From positions 1 through 64,000 of the IMG/VR virus record IMGVR_UViG_3300027798_000020: a DNA stretch of 64,000 nt. One strand, written 5' to 3'. Below the pieces are notes generated by a model. It saw only the letters and a list, made by a program, of their open reading frames with translations, did no database searches and was not told the origin of the DNA. Shown piece after piece: positions 24,844 through 34,792 of this stretch; the first letter of the stretch is position 1; the number at the start of each line of letters is the position of its first letter. The position numbers were made by a program, and so were the translations under genes. This DNA is from a virus.

Positions 24844-26469
24844 ATGGAAAAGGTGCATTGCATACTTTTAACCGGCAACTCTCAATTTCCTGGGGGGGTT
24901 AAAACTGCCGGTAGTTATAGAATCGCAACAGAATTAAGAAATAATGGGTACAATGTTAAAATTATTGATGTAACGGTATTCCATAAGTTTGATGAAGATT
25001 TACAAAATCTGTTAGATACATTAATTAGCAAAGACACATTGTGGGTCGGATTTGGACATGTTTTTTTAAAAGACATTTTTGGCATTGATATAGAGCGCAC
25101 TAGTCCAGTAGCATTAGAAGAAAATAGCAATGATCAAGACCTAATAGATTTTATACGATTTTGTAGGCGCCGTAATCCTAAAATTAAAATTGTAGCTGGC
25201 GGATACAAACATTTTATTTGGAAGGTATACGGCATACATCAATTTATAGGATATTCGGATAAGGAAATTGTTGATTACACTAATTGGTGCGCCGGAATAT
25301 CTAAAGCTGATCTCTCATACCATTTAGGCCAAACATCAGGTAAAGAATTTGAAAAATTTGTTACTAGTAAAATTCAATATACTAAGTCTGACATTATGTT
25401 GCCAGGTATGACAGTTCCGATAGAACTTAGTAGGGGCTGCATTTTTAAATGTAAATTCTGTGCATTTCCCCTTAACGGAAAAACTAAAGGAGAATGGATT
25501 AAACGACCAGAGGTGATTCGATCGGAAATGTTAGAAAACTACGAAAAATACGGCATTACTGATTACATATTTGCTGACGATACTCACAATGATAGTGTAG
25601 ATAAATTAAAATTATTATACGACGAAGTGTATTCAAAACTTCCTTTTAAAATTAATTTTAGTGCTTATATGCGATTAGATCTATTAATGCGATTTCCAGA
25701 ACAAGCGGCAATACTAAAAGAGTCGGGTCTTAAATCTGTAGTCTTCGGCATTGAAACATTAAATCCTAAATCTGCAAAAATTATAGGAAAGGGTGTTAAT
25801 CCGCTTGACCAGTTAGCATTTTTAAAAGAATTAAAAGAAGGCTTATGGAAAGATCAAGTGCTAGCATCATCAGGTTGGATTATTGGGTTACCTGCAGATA
25901 GTCCCGATACTGCACCCGAACTAGAAGAATTCTTATGGTCTAAAAATAATCCGCTCGACCATTGGTCAATAAATCCACTATATATCCTTCCTAAACATTT
26001 GCAATTTAAAGACGAACTTAAACTGACTACTGAGTTTGAAAAGAATTGCGAAAAATACGGTTATGAATTTCCAGAAACTAATCAGTTTAATTCTAGGCAT
26101 TGGGTGAACAAAAAACTAGGAATAGACTTCAGAGGTTGTGCCAAACAAGTGTTAGACATTTCAGATAAGAGCGGAACACATCCTCGATGGAAGTTAGGCG
26201 GATTTGGTATTGCAGATGCGGCGTCATGTGGAGTTAGCTATGACACACTAACCAAATATACTGCCCCTGCTGTATATTTGCTAGCAGGTAAAAAAACATT
26301 GGATGAACTAAAATATAAAAGAGGCGTTGAATATAAAAAAACATTAATGACCCATTACGGATTACCGTTAATAAACGAAGAATTGCCAACTGCTACACCA
26401 ATAGGCATGCGCGGCAAGCCTGGAATATTTTATACAGGAAAAAAGAAGTATGGTTCAAACAAGCCTTAA
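24844..26469 (+). CDS. B12-binding-like radical SAM protein
   Basis: ELSRGCIFKCKFC, FADDT, FGIET, IIGLP. Confidence 0.85.
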   Translation: MEKVHCILLTGNSQFPGGVKTAGSYRIATELRNNGYNVKIIDVTVFHKFDEDLQNLLDTLISKDTLWVGFGHVFLKDIFGIDIERTSPVALEENSNDQDLIDFIRFCRRRNPKIKIVAGGYKHFIWKVYGIHQFIGYSDKEIVDYTNWCAGISKADLSYHLGQTSGKEFEKFVTSKIQYTKSDIMLPGMTVPIELSRGCIFKCKFCAFPLNGKTKGEWIKRPEVIRSEMLENYEKYGITDYIFADDTHNDSVDKLKLLYDEVYSKLPFKINFSAYMRLDLLMRFPEQAAILKESGLKSVVFGIETLNPKSAKIIGKGVNPLDQLAFLKELKEGLWKDQVLASSGWIIGLPADSPDTAPELEEFLWSKNNPLDHWSINPLYILPKHLQFKDELKLTTEFEKNCEKYGYEFPETNQFNSRHWVNKKLGIDFRGCAKQVLDISDKSGTHPRWKLGGFGIADAASCGVSYDTLTKYTAPAVYLLAGKKTLDELKYKRGVEYKKTLMTHYGLPLINEELPTATPIGMRGKPGIFYTGKKKYGSNKP

Positions 26470-27367
26470 CAACTGGTATTATTGGCACTATGGTACAGAT
26501 GCTACGCAACGGCGTAGACTAACTGCTAACGAAACATTTACTACTGCATGGAATCCGCAATCTGTAAAAATACAAAATTTTAAAGATGCTGTATTATATA
26601 ATGCAAGAACTACTGCTGATTTCTACGAAGGTAAAAAATTTGGTCTGCTGTTTTCGGGAGGTAGCGAAAGTGAATTAATATTACGTGCATACAAAGAGAT
26701 AGGTAAAGAAGTCAAGGCATATATTTTTAGATATGAAAATGATATAAATCTATACGATGTATCTTATGCAGTAACCATAGCAGAAAGCCTGTCAGTTGAA
26801 TACAAAGTTATTGATTTTAATTTGAATTCGTTTTATCTTAATCAAGCAGAATCAATTAGCGATCTAGCACAGATTGATCGGCCAAGAGCCTTACCTCAAC
26901 TTAAATTTTTAGATTTCATTGATGAAATCCCAATTGCAGGTGCAAGCGATCCAACTTGGTTTAGACAACACGATAATTATCAAGTAGATAGCGAATGGTT
27001 AATGTGCGATTGGGAACACGATATTGGCTGGTCAAAATACGTACAAGAAATTAACAGGCCAGCAATAATGGAGTGGTTTAAATGGACTCCGGAAATAGTA
27101 GTAGGATTTACTAAGATGAAATGGTTTGAACTCTTAGTTGGAAACAAAATTCCTGGCAAATTAGGAACTAATTCTACTAAATTACAAGGCTATAAAGAAG
27201 CATACCCTGAAATGATTAATCGAATTAAAAAAACAGGGTTCGAATCCATTGACCCATTAATTGCAAGTTTTGAACAACACTTAGAAAAAAAATATAATGG
27301 GTTACCGTTCAGAGGAACAGTAAAAAGGTCGTTAGATCAAATCAGAAGGTTAGAAGATCAATCTTAA
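26450..27367 (+). CDS. PP-loop-like protein
   Basis: LLFSGGSESE degenerate PP-loop. Confidence 0.6.
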   Translation: MVQTSLNNWYYWHYGTDATQRRRLTANETFTTAWNPQSVKIQNFKDAVLYNARTTADFYEGKKFGLLFSGGSESELILRAYKEIGKEVKAYIFRYENDINLYDVSYAVTIAESLSVEYKVIDFNLNSFYLNQAESISDLAQIDRPRALPQLKFLDFIDEIPIAGASDPTWFRQHDNYQVDSEWLMCDWEHDIGWSKYVQEINRPAIMEWFKWTPEIVVGFTKMKWFELLVGNKIPGKLGTNSTKLQGYKEAYPEMINRIKKTGFESIDPLIASFEQHLEKKYNGLPFRGTVKRSLDQIRRLEDQS

Positions 27368-27379
27368 AATATATAGTGT

Positions 27380-28054
27380 ATGCTCACTATAAAAATCTGC
27401 GGGCCTGAACATCTAGAACAGGCTGTCGCCATTACTAAACTAAAAAACAAACACAGCGGCGTTGAAAAACCCTGGCAGTTAGATTACGCTCCAATATTAC
27501 AAAAATATCTTAATACTAACACTCACTATCTAACAATTGGTGCATTTGACGGAGACGAATTAGTATCATTTTTGTGTTCAGCATTTTGGCGGAACAACGA
27601 TCCAAGTTGGTTTATTGTATTCCTGTTCACTAAGCGATTTGGAAATCAATTTAGTTTTAACAGACCTGAAATTGGTCTATTGCTCAAGGCTGCATTTGAA
27701 ATAGCAGAGTACAGACACTATTGGAAATATTATTATAGCATTGCCAAGAAACACGAAACGGTGTACGACATGTTGTGGAAGAAAAACAATCATGTTGATG
27801 TTGGAAAATACAATTTAAAAATTGAACAAGAGGTACCTGCGTATACCGCTGTTGATCGAGATAGATTTTGGCGGCTAGTAGGATCTCGAGTTTACGAAGT
27901 AGATATGGTTATTAAATCTAGGATACTCAAAGTAGAAAATCGAATACAACATGAATCGTTACACCCATTAGAATTAGAAACTGAATACAAGAATTATGAT
28001 GTACGCAGTCCGCAACTAGAGTTTGTTGACGAGGCTAACAGTATTATAGAATGA
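27380..28054 (+). CDS. Hypothetical protein, possibly GNAT-fold
   Basis: IGAFDGDELVSF strand pattern. Confidence 0.5.
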   Translation: MLTIKICGPEHLEQAVAITKLKNKHSGVEKPWQLDYAPILQKYLNTNTHYLTIGAFDGDELVSFLCSAFWRNNDPSWFIVFLFTKRFGNQFSFNRPEIGLLLKAAFEIAEYRHYWKYYYSIAKKHETVYDMLWKKNNHVDVGKYNLKIEQEVPAYTAVDRDRFWRLVGSRVYEVDMVIKSRILKVENRIQHESLHPLELETEYKNYDVRSPQLEFVDEANSIIE

Positions 28055-28659
28055 GCGAAAATTGTTATAGTGTTAGGTCGTTTGAAAACGTTGATCGAAA
28101 CCAATTCTTTGAATTCTGTCGGCAAGCATTCCTAGACACTACACAGCCAGCGCACACAAACATGTGGGCAGAACATTGGCAGTCTGAAACTCACACCCTT
28201 CCGTATTTGTTAGAGATTGAAAAAAGATTCTTAGACCCTAACGGTAAGTTCTTTGTAATATATTACAATGATTATATTGTTGGCTGTAGTGGAATCTATC
28301 AAAGTGATTTTAATCAACATATATGTCTTGCTGGTATTAGGTCTTGGATTAACAGCGATCATCGAGGCAGATTTTTATTAGGAAAATATTTGTTTCCAGA
28401 ACAAGTGCGATGGGCAAAACATCACAAGTACAAACAGATAGCAGTTACATTCAATGAATACAATGTTAGCTTAAAAAATATATTTCTTAGGAACGGTGTG
28501 GGTGTCCAAAAAAATCGACAAGCGGATAGCCTATTTTATACAGGGGTACATCAAGTCGACTTTCCAGTAACTATTAAGCATACCAAGCAATGGATACTAT
28601 ATCAAAAATTGGACCCAGTGTGGCTTTTTGACTACAGTACCATCAAGCATCAAGATTGA
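28051..28659 (+). CDS. GNAT-like acyltransferase
   Basis: IVGCSG, RSWI..DHRG, TFNEYN. Confidence 0.6.
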   Translation: MSENCYSVRSFENVDRNQFFEFCRQAFLDTTQPAHTNMWAEHWQSETHTLPYLLEIEKRFLDPNGKFFVIYYNDYIVGCSGIYQSDFNQHICLAGIRSWINSDHRGRFLLGKYLFPEQVRWAKHHKYKQIAVTFNEYNVSLKNIFLRNGVGVQKNRQADSLFYTGVHQVDFPVTIKHTKQWILYQKLDPVWLFDYSTIKHQD

Positions 28660-28712
28660 CTTACACAGAGTTAGGTAGTACAATTAGCTATCAATAACAC
28701 ATTTGGACCAAT

Positions 28713-29675
28713 ATGACTAGATTGTTTCTAACTCTGATTTTTGCAGTCTACACCACAACCTGTTTCAGTCAAATATCTAAAACCGAATGTAGTCCGCAGT
28801 CCATAGGAAATGCAACTCTCCTAGAAGTGCGGCCACAGATGCATTCAGTTGAAGGAAATATATCTGGCTTTGACCCATGTCACTCATCAGTAGAATTTGA
28901 TATTCCAAAACCAGGATCAAAGCCTCCATTAATAATCTATATACACGGCGGTGGTGGCAAAGTTGACGGCAAAGATATTGCCAGGGCATTTAGAAGCAAT
29001 GGCGTTGCCACCTTACTGTTTGATGCATATGAAATGAATGGATTCCATCAAGGATGGAGATTCTTTTCAGTGAAAGTTACAGCAGAAGCTAGACAGCGTA
29101 TGTTGTTCAAAACTACATATGAAGCATATAAGTGGGCACTTACTCGAACAGATATTAACACTGAAAAGATTTACTTTTATGGTATAAGTAACGGAGCGGC
29201 TGTCGCGGCCAACATTTCAGCAGTAGTCGATCCTAAAAAAGTGCCTGCAATATTTGCAGAAGGTATGACCGGAACTGGTATTGGTTTGCCTCATCACCCT
29301 AAAGTTCCAATTAAGTTAATCTACGGTGAATTAGATAACTTTGCAGGTGATACCGAAACAAGCTGGATTTGGAACAGGGCTGATCCGTGTTTTCTTATGC
29401 AGGCAGATGCGCTAACTCCACCCGGTACTGCAATTGGTTGCCAGGGCAGATCTACAGCGCCTGCGGTTTGGCTAAAACATCAAGAAGCCAAAAATTCAGA
29501 CATAGAAGTTTGGTTTTACCCAAATGCCGCACATTGGATTTTTAACCCAAGAGGGTTAAATAAAAATAAGATTACTTACGGAGTATCAATTGAAAAGTTT
29601 GCTTGGTCGGGTGCGGAAACATCTGCCCAAAATAAACTAATCAAAGATGTAATGGCAGTTGTAAACCAAAAATAA
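28713..29675 (+). CDS. Secreted alpha/beta hydrolase (dienelactone hydrolase-like)
   Basis: Signal-like N-terminus, HGGGG, GISNG nucleophile elbow, GELD, YPNAAH. Confidence 0.75.
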   Translation: MTRLFLTLIFAVYTTTCFSQISKTECSPQSIGNATLLEVRPQMHSVEGNISGFDPCHSSVEFDIPKPGSKPPLIIYIHGGGGKVDGKDIARAFRSNGVATLLFDAYEMNGFHQGWRFFSVKVTAEARQRMLFKTTYEAYKWALTRTDINTEKIYFYGISNGAAVAANISAVVDPKKVPAIFAEGMTGTGIGLPHHPKVPIKLIYGELDNFAGDTETSWIWNRADPCFLMQADALTPPGTAIGCQGRSTAPAVWLKHQEAKNSDIEVWFYPNAAHWIFNPRGLNKNKITYGVSIEKFAWSGAETSAQNKLIKDVMAVVNQK

Positions 29676-29677
29676 GG

Positions 29678-29706
29678 TTGACAGCAATAGGTAATGATCA
29701 TACAAT
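29678..29706 (+). promoter_or_regulatory. sigma70-type promoter
   Basis: TTGACA-N17-TACAAT. Confidence 0.75.
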
Positions 29707-29712
29707 AACAAT

Positions 29713-29812
29713 ACAGATGTGAGTGGAATATGGTAGACCTCCTCCCTTCGGGGAGGGAACGAGGCTTGGTCTTAGACTGCCTTTGTAGGTTCGAATCCTA
29801 CCATCTGTACCA
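29713..29812 (+). ncRNA. tRNA-like RNA lacking a 7-nt anticodon loop (UUCG tetraloop instead)
   Basis: acagatg/catctgt + A + CCA, T arm gtagg-ttcgaat-cctac, cctccc-TTCG-gggagg hairpin, long extra arm. Confidence 0.8.
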
Positions 29813-29834
29813 ATTTTAGGCAACCGAGGCAAAT

Positions 29835-30170
29835 ATGAAAAAAGCAATTACTTTACTGATAGCAACAATGTTTTCTGTAGCACATGCTGGTCCAGTGTCA
29901 GACGACCCGCGCAAAACATACGATGTTAGGCAAGGCACTAATCGATCTATGCAAGTCGAATGGCGCACAGTTGATAACCCATTGCAAGTATGCAATCAAG
30001 AAAGTAAGAAATTTGGTAACAGTGGGTTTGCCTATGCTGTTCAAGCCTGTGCATTTTGGTGGCCTGATCGATGCCTTATAATTACAGGCAAACGTGCAGA
30101 CCATGACACTATTGGTCACGAACTGCGACACTGCTTTCAAGGCGACTGGCATGAGCAAAAAACCAAGTAA
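29835..30170 (+). CDS. Secreted hypothetical protein with HExxH motif
   Basis: Signal peptide; GHELRHC. Confidence 0.65.
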   Translation: MKKAITLLIATMFSVAHAGPVSDDPRKTYDVRQGTNRSMQVEWRTVDNPLQVCNQESKKFGNSGFAYAVQACAFWWPDRCLIITGKRADHDTIGHELRHCFQGDWHEQKTK

Positions 30171-30711
30171 AAGTTCACAACGACATACCTTCCAAAAAGA
30201 AGGTTACGTTAAGCGCATGGAAGAAAAAGGTGAAGAGCCTAATAAGGACTACTTGGACATGTTTCAAAAGATTTTAGAAGATGCTGATAAAAAATGGCAA
30301 ACTCCTGAATCTATGAAAGACAACATGGAGTACGATCTTGTAACTACTGATTGGATACTGGAGAAAGTTCGTGCAAGCGAATCTTACGCACAGAATCTCT
30401 ACGCCGCAATGTGCAATAACGACTTTATGAAACGAGAAATGTGGCCCATTTTAAAAGAGCAAACATGGGGTTGTAGTTGGAGGTCAGCTGGAGGTATTGT
30501 TGCAGACATGCGACAAGAAGGTGATTATATTGATTGGTACTGTTCAGGAATCGGCGGGCAAAATCTTGCATACGATGGGACTATGACTGAAGAAGAATGG
30601 AAGGCTAAGACCGGATATGTTCCTGAAAGTGTAGTCACTGAAGAAATTGAAGCTGATTTATATCGTCTTGGATGGTTAGTAGTTAAATACGATGAGACAA
30701 AAGAAATATGA
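30151..30711 (+). CDS. Hypothetical phage protein
   Basis: YAQNLYAAMCNN, CSWRSAGG, DYIDWYCSG. Confidence 0.75.
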   Translation: MSKKPSKSSQRHTFQKEGYVKRMEEKGEEPNKDYLDMFQKILEDADKKWQTPESMKDNMEYDLVTTDWILEKVRASESYAQNLYAAMCNNDFMKREMWPILKEQTWGCSWRSAGGIVADMRQEGDYIDWYCSGIGGQNLAYDGTMTEEEWKAKTGYVPESVVTEEIEADLYRLGWLVVKYDETKEI

Positions 30712-30878
30712 ATAAAACATATCTAGTAGAAGAATTATTTGAAGACATCGAAGACGACCCTGATAACGTCATCTTTAAAATCCCACCTGAGATCTGCGAA
30801 GCTCAGGGATGGAAAGAGGGCGACATTTTAAATATCAAAGCAGAGGACGGCAAACTTGTGATAACTAAGCATGTCTAA
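30708..30878 (+). CDS. Small AbrB/MazE-like protein (56 aa)
   Basis: FKIPPEIC...GWKEGD.L.I..EDGKLVITK; below the ORF-track cutoff. Confidence 0.6.
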   Translation: MNKTYLVEELFEDIEDDPDNVIFKIPPEICEAQGWKEGDILNIKAEDGKLVITKHV

Positions 30879-31092
30879 AAATTCAGAATTATTAGAACTT
30901 ACTGGCAAAGTTATAGAAGTTTTACCGGCAAACATGTTTCGTGTTAAGATTGATGCAAACGAACATATCATACTTTGCTACATGGGAGGAAAACTTAAAT
31001 TGCATAAAATTAAAGTTATCCTTGGAGACGCAGTTAAAGTAGAAGTCAGTCCATACGATCTGACTAGAGGAAGAATAAAATTTAGGTTATAA
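30871..31092 (+). CDS. infA: Translation initiation factor IF-1
   Basis: G.V.EVLP..MFRV......GD.VKVE.SPYDLTRGRI.FR. Confidence 0.93.
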   Translation: MSKNSELLELTGKVIEVLPANMFRVKIDANEHIILCYMGGKLKLHKIKVILGDAVKVEVSPYDLTRGRIKFRL

Positions 31093-31094
31093 CT

Positions 31095-31760
31095 ATGAAT
31101 GGGGTTATGGAACTGATCTGCGCAATCTGCAATATTGTAAGAGCTAGTGCAGAGCAAGGTTTGACATTCCAAAAATTGTTAAACAGAGTTAGACGAGAAT
31201 TTAAAAAGCACAATCTTGATATTAAAGTAATATCTCGTAGAGATAGTTCGTTAAATGAAGATGTGTTTTATGCTAACGGATTTTACGATCCTGAAGACGA
31301 TAAGAATCATGAATGCCCTATTGAATTAATTATAACTCATAATTTTCCAAAAAATCATATTTGGTACTCTGCACACTCTACTCAAGTACTAACTCAAATA
31401 TACGATACTGTGACACACGAGCTAAGGCATCAAGGACAGTACAGAAAACGAGACTTTAGGATTGATACTAGTCGAGGATCCGGTCACACTGAATACTTAC
31501 GAGACCCTGACGAGATAGATGCTTATTCTATCAGTATTACATTCGAGCTAGTGCGCAGTTTGGGTAAAACTAGAGCCCTTAAATATCTGCATAACGTAGA
31601 TGCCCTAAGTAAATTACGAATTCAAAACAATTTGGTTAGTCCTTCTTTTAGTATGTATCGAGGAGAATTTCCAAACCAAAATGATAGGACTATTAAACGG
31701 CTAGTCAAAAAAGTTTACATACGTCTTCAAAAGGTTGACACTGACTGCATTTTCCAGTAA
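31095..31760 (+). CDS. HExxH (zincin-like) hypothetical protein
   Basis: HELRH..QY.KR, Y..DPDEIDAY. Confidence 0.65.
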   Translation: MNGVMELICAICNIVRASAEQGLTFQKLLNRVRREFKKHNLDIKVISRRDSSLNEDVFYANGFYDPEDDKNHECPIELIITHNFPKNHIWYSAHSTQVLTQIYDTVTHELRHQGQYRKRDFRIDTSRGSGHTEYLRDPDEIDAYSISITFELVRSLGKTRALKYLHNVDALSKLRIQNNLVSPSFSMYRGEFPNQNDRTIKRLVKKVYIRLQKVDTDCIFQ

Positions 31761-31794
31761 AATATAAAGTATAGTAATCCACACAGAGAGCATA

Positions 31795-32487
31795 ATGGCT
31801 AACAAAGAGTTCCCAATCCAACAAGTTCTAGAGCTGGCTTGTGCGGCGCAACGAGTGAACGGTGCTTATATTAAAGAAGCGCAGGCAGTGTATACAGACG
31901 ATAATGTCTATCTGTTTTCTAAACAGCCCAATAAACTAATGATGTTGTGTACCCTGGAGCCTGCTATTTGGACAGCTGATCCAGGATCAGCCCCAATGCC
32001 TTTGAAAATATTGCCCGAAGATGTCGTGCAAGCAGAAGAGATTCAAAAACATTTTCGAAAATTTTTGTTTAGTGCCATTGAAGGCGAAAACGATTTCCAA
32101 ACTAACATTAATACTATCCTTAGCAGTGACACAGTAAAACAAAATCAATTTGGTTACGTTGCTTGCCTACCCAGCGTCCACGTTCGTGATGTTGCCCAAA
32201 CTAAAGTTAAACGAGCCGCTCGATCTGTTGAAGACGGCCATCTAGCAGAAATTGGTTCTACGCTCAAAGATCTGGATGCAGAAATTATTTCATCAATTAA
32301 GTCAAAAAACTTTGAAGGTTACAATATAGATGCTATAATTAAAAATAGGATGTGCTCTTGGCTCAATAAGACTAATTTGCAATTAGGTGCATGTGTTGTT
32401 GTCAAAGCCAAAGTTAAAGATCATTCTAAACATTGGAAGCACGGTAACGACGTAACTAGACTTAATTATGTAAAGGCGGCACAATGA
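31795..32487 (+). CDS. Hypothetical protein (possible C-terminal OB fold)
   Basis: 230-aa ORF; KAKVKDH...TRLNYVK. Confidence 0.7.
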   Translation: MANKEFPIQQVLELACAAQRVNGAYIKEAQAVYTDDNVYLFSKQPNKLMMLCTLEPAIWTADPGSAPMPLKILPEDVVQAEEIQKHFRKFLFSAIEGENDFQTNINTILSSDTVKQNQFGYVACLPSVHVRDVAQTKVKRAARSVEDGHLAEIGSTLKDLDAEIISSIKSKNFEGYNIDAIIKNRMCSWLNKTNLQLGACVVVKAKVKDHSKHWKHGNDVTRLNYVKAAQ

Positions 32488-32732
32488 GCAAAGAAAAACA
32501 TAAACCTTATCAATGGATTGATGGTGAAACTGCGGATCGTATTACCAGTCTTAACCTAAAAGACTATCGTGCGTACCTTAAAAAAGAATTAAAGCAGTGG
32601 AAGAAGAATCCAAAGTCAGATGCTAATCCAAATGGCTATTGGCTACATCCAGAAGATGTGGGCTTGAACATACAGACCATTGCGGCATTGGATTTGGTTA
32701 TTAGTCATTTTGTAGTAACAGAGGATGAATAA
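32484..32732 (+). CDS. Hypothetical protein
   Basis: Coupled ORF. Confidence 0.7.
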   Translation: MSKEKHKPYQWIDGETADRITSLNLKDYRAYLKKELKQWKKNPKSDANPNGYWLHPEDVGLNIQTIAALDLVISHFVVTEDE

Positions 32733-33208
32733 TGTCAGACGAATTTGAAAAATATGATGCCTTTGCAAAACATATGGAAGAACGTTTCCCAAAGATGTTT
32801 GCGGGTAAGTATGGCGGGTTTGCTTGTGGCCAAGGGTGGTGGCCTATTCTTGAAAGCCTATGTGCTAATATTCAAAGCCATATTGACTGGAAAGAAAAAC
32901 AGGGAACGACTGTCCCACAAGTTACTATAGCACAGATTAAAGAGAAGTTTGGTGGCTTACGTTTTTACTATGACGGTGGTGATGCTGAGATCCGTGGCAT
33001 GGTACGTATGGCAGAAGCTTGGGCAGATGTCAGTTGTGAAGAATGTGGCGCACCTGGCACGTCAGGTGGCAAAGGTTGGATTAAAACTCTGTGCCCTACA
33101 CACAGGGCAGAATCAGATGCTCGTTATGCAGAACGGTTCAAAGAAAGAACTAACGATGAAGATTTGCAATTATCTATTTTTGAAACGATGAAAAGCGAAT
33201 CTCAATAA
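32732..33208 (+). CDS. Hypothetical phage protein
   Basis: QIKEKFGGLRFY, CEECG...LC..H. Confidence 0.75.
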   Translation: MSDEFEKYDAFAKHMEERFPKMFAGKYGGFACGQGWWPILESLCANIQSHIDWKEKQGTTVPQVTIAQIKEKFGGLRFYYDGGDAEIRGMVRMAEAWADVSCEECGAPGTSGGKGWIKTLCPTHRAESDARYAERFKERTNDEDLQLSIFETMKSESQ

Positions 33209-33219
33209 AAGAGTTAAAA

Positions 33220-34080
33220 ATGAAAATTAAATTAGTCAGTGATTTACATTTGGAATTTTCGGATTGTTTTATCAACAATGACGAAGGTGCCGATGTATTG
33301 ATTTTAGGCGGTGATATTTGTATCGCCCAGGATCTACACGACCACCCTGAGCCAGCTAATACTGCGGATCAGGCCGCTATTGCCAACGGCACTGGCTTAG
33401 GTCGTAGACAGTTGACAGCACAGCGTTTTAGAGATTTCTTCAAGCGTTGTAGTTTTCAGTTTCCACATGTGATTTACATTATGGGCAATCATGAATTCTA
33501 CAATGGCAAGTTTTACGCAGGTATTGATTACATGCGTGAAGAATGTGCCAAGTACCCTAACGTGTATATGTTAGAGCAAGACATGAAGATTATTGACGAT
33601 GTTGTGTTTGTTGGCGGAACGCTTTGGACCAACATGAACAAGCGTGATCCTTTGACAATGCATGCCATCGAAGGTATGATGAACGATTTCCGTATCATCC
33701 GTAACGACCAAAGAAACTATGCGGCTATGAGTGCGTTAGATGTTGCTGTTCGTCACGATAAAACTCTAGGCTACATCAAACACATTGTTCAGGAACACAA
33801 GGACAAGAAGTGTGTTGTAGTTGGTCATCATAGTCCAAGTTTCCAAAGTTGTCATCCAATGTATGGTAATGACACATTAATGAACGGTGGATATCACAGT
33901 GACTTGAGTGAATTTATTATGGATCATCCACAGATCAAACTGTGGACACATGGTCACACTCACCATCCATTTGATTATGTACTTGGTGAAACTAGAGTTG
34001 TGTGTAATCCTAGAGGTTACGAAAATGACGGATACAGCGAGCAGACTGGCTGGAGCCCTAACTTAATTTTGGAGATTTAA
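33220..34080 (+). CDS. Calcineurin-like metallophosphoesterase
   Basis: SDLHLE, GGDI, GNHE, HGHTH, NPRGY. Confidence 0.9.
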   Translation: MKIKLVSDLHLEFSDCFINNDEGADVLILGGDICIAQDLHDHPEPANTADQAAIANGTGLGRRQLTAQRFRDFFKRCSFQFPHVIYIMGNHEFYNGKFYAGIDYMREECAKYPNVYMLEQDMKIIDDVVFVGGTLWTNMNKRDPLTMHAIEGMMNDFRIIRNDQRNYAAMSALDVAVRHDKTLGYIKHIVQEHKDKKCVVVGHHSPSFQSCHPMYGNDTLMNGGYHSDLSEFIMDHPQIKLWTHGHTHHPFDYVLGETRVVCNPRGYENDGYSEQTGWSPNLILEI

Positions 34081-34254
34081 ATGAGTAACGAAAACTTGCA
34101 ACCAACAGTTGTACAAATGATTAGAATGACCGGCGCAAATACTGCTAATTTCTTAGAGCAAATTGCTGAACATATTGAGATGCTTGAGCAAAAAGTTGCC
34201 GAGGCGACAAAGCGCATTGAGGAACTTGAAAGTAAACAAAATGCTACTGACTGA
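34081..34254 (+). CDS. Small coiled-coil hypothetical protein (57 aa)
   Basis: GGAG RBS, MSNENLQPT... Confidence 0.6.
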   Translation: MSNENLQPTVVQMIRMTGANTANFLEQIAEHIEMLEQKVAEATKRIEELESKQNATD

Positions 34255-34555
34255 GAAAGAAACCAAGCTGTTTAAAAAATGGCTTAAAAGTCATTTAGCG
34301 CACGGACCTACAACCGTAGTGTTTACTAAAAAAGATGGCACTGAACGAGTTATGGAATGTACAACCAATCCAACACTCGTTCCTTTTGTAGAGGAAAAAG
34401 TTCATGTAACTAATACAGATAACCCAATTGATTTTCCTGCCCCTAAAAAAGAAAAGAAAGTCAACGAAGAGGTTATGCCTGTATATGACCTAGAGTCCAA
34501 AGCGTGGAAAAGTTTCCGTTGGGACAGTATTAAAGAAGTAAGATTTACATTATGA
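34241..34555 (+). CDS. WYL_2/SH3-like beta-barrel protein
   Basis: FTKKDGTERVM.CT...VYDLE.KAWKSFRWD. Confidence 0.7.
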   Translation: MLLTEKETKLFKKWLKSHLAHGPTTVVFTKKDGTERVMECTTNPTLVPFVEEKVHVTNTDNPIDFPAPKKEKKVNEEVMPVYDLESKAWKSFRWDSIKEVRFTL

Positions 34556-34791
34556 GCACAATACTAAGACATAGCGATACTTGCCAAATTAAAATGGCAA
34601 AAGGTTCAAAAACAACAGAAGCTGTGGTAGATCAGTTTATTTTTGAAAATGTACTTGACGTCATAGTCAATAAGAGTGTAAAATTAAAACTAAAGTGGAA
34701 TGGTAGATGTTACGAAGGTCGAAGTGCAGGAATGGATATTGAAAGCACTGGGCCTACTATTACTCGTACTCAAACAGGAATTAGAGGATAA
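34552..34791 (+). CDS. Hypothetical protein
   Basis: Coupled ORF. Confidence 0.7.
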   Translation: MSTILRHSDTCQIKMAKGSKTTEAVVDQFIFENVLDVIVNKSVKLKLKWNGRCYEGRSAGMDIESTGPTITRTQTGIRG

Positions 34792-34792
34792 T

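Noticed and set aside
6814-27367. PP-loop proteins as QueC or lasso-peptide cyclases
   Set aside because: No QueC C-terminal Cys zinc motif; no leader peptidase, RRE or plausible lasso precursor seen in the window.
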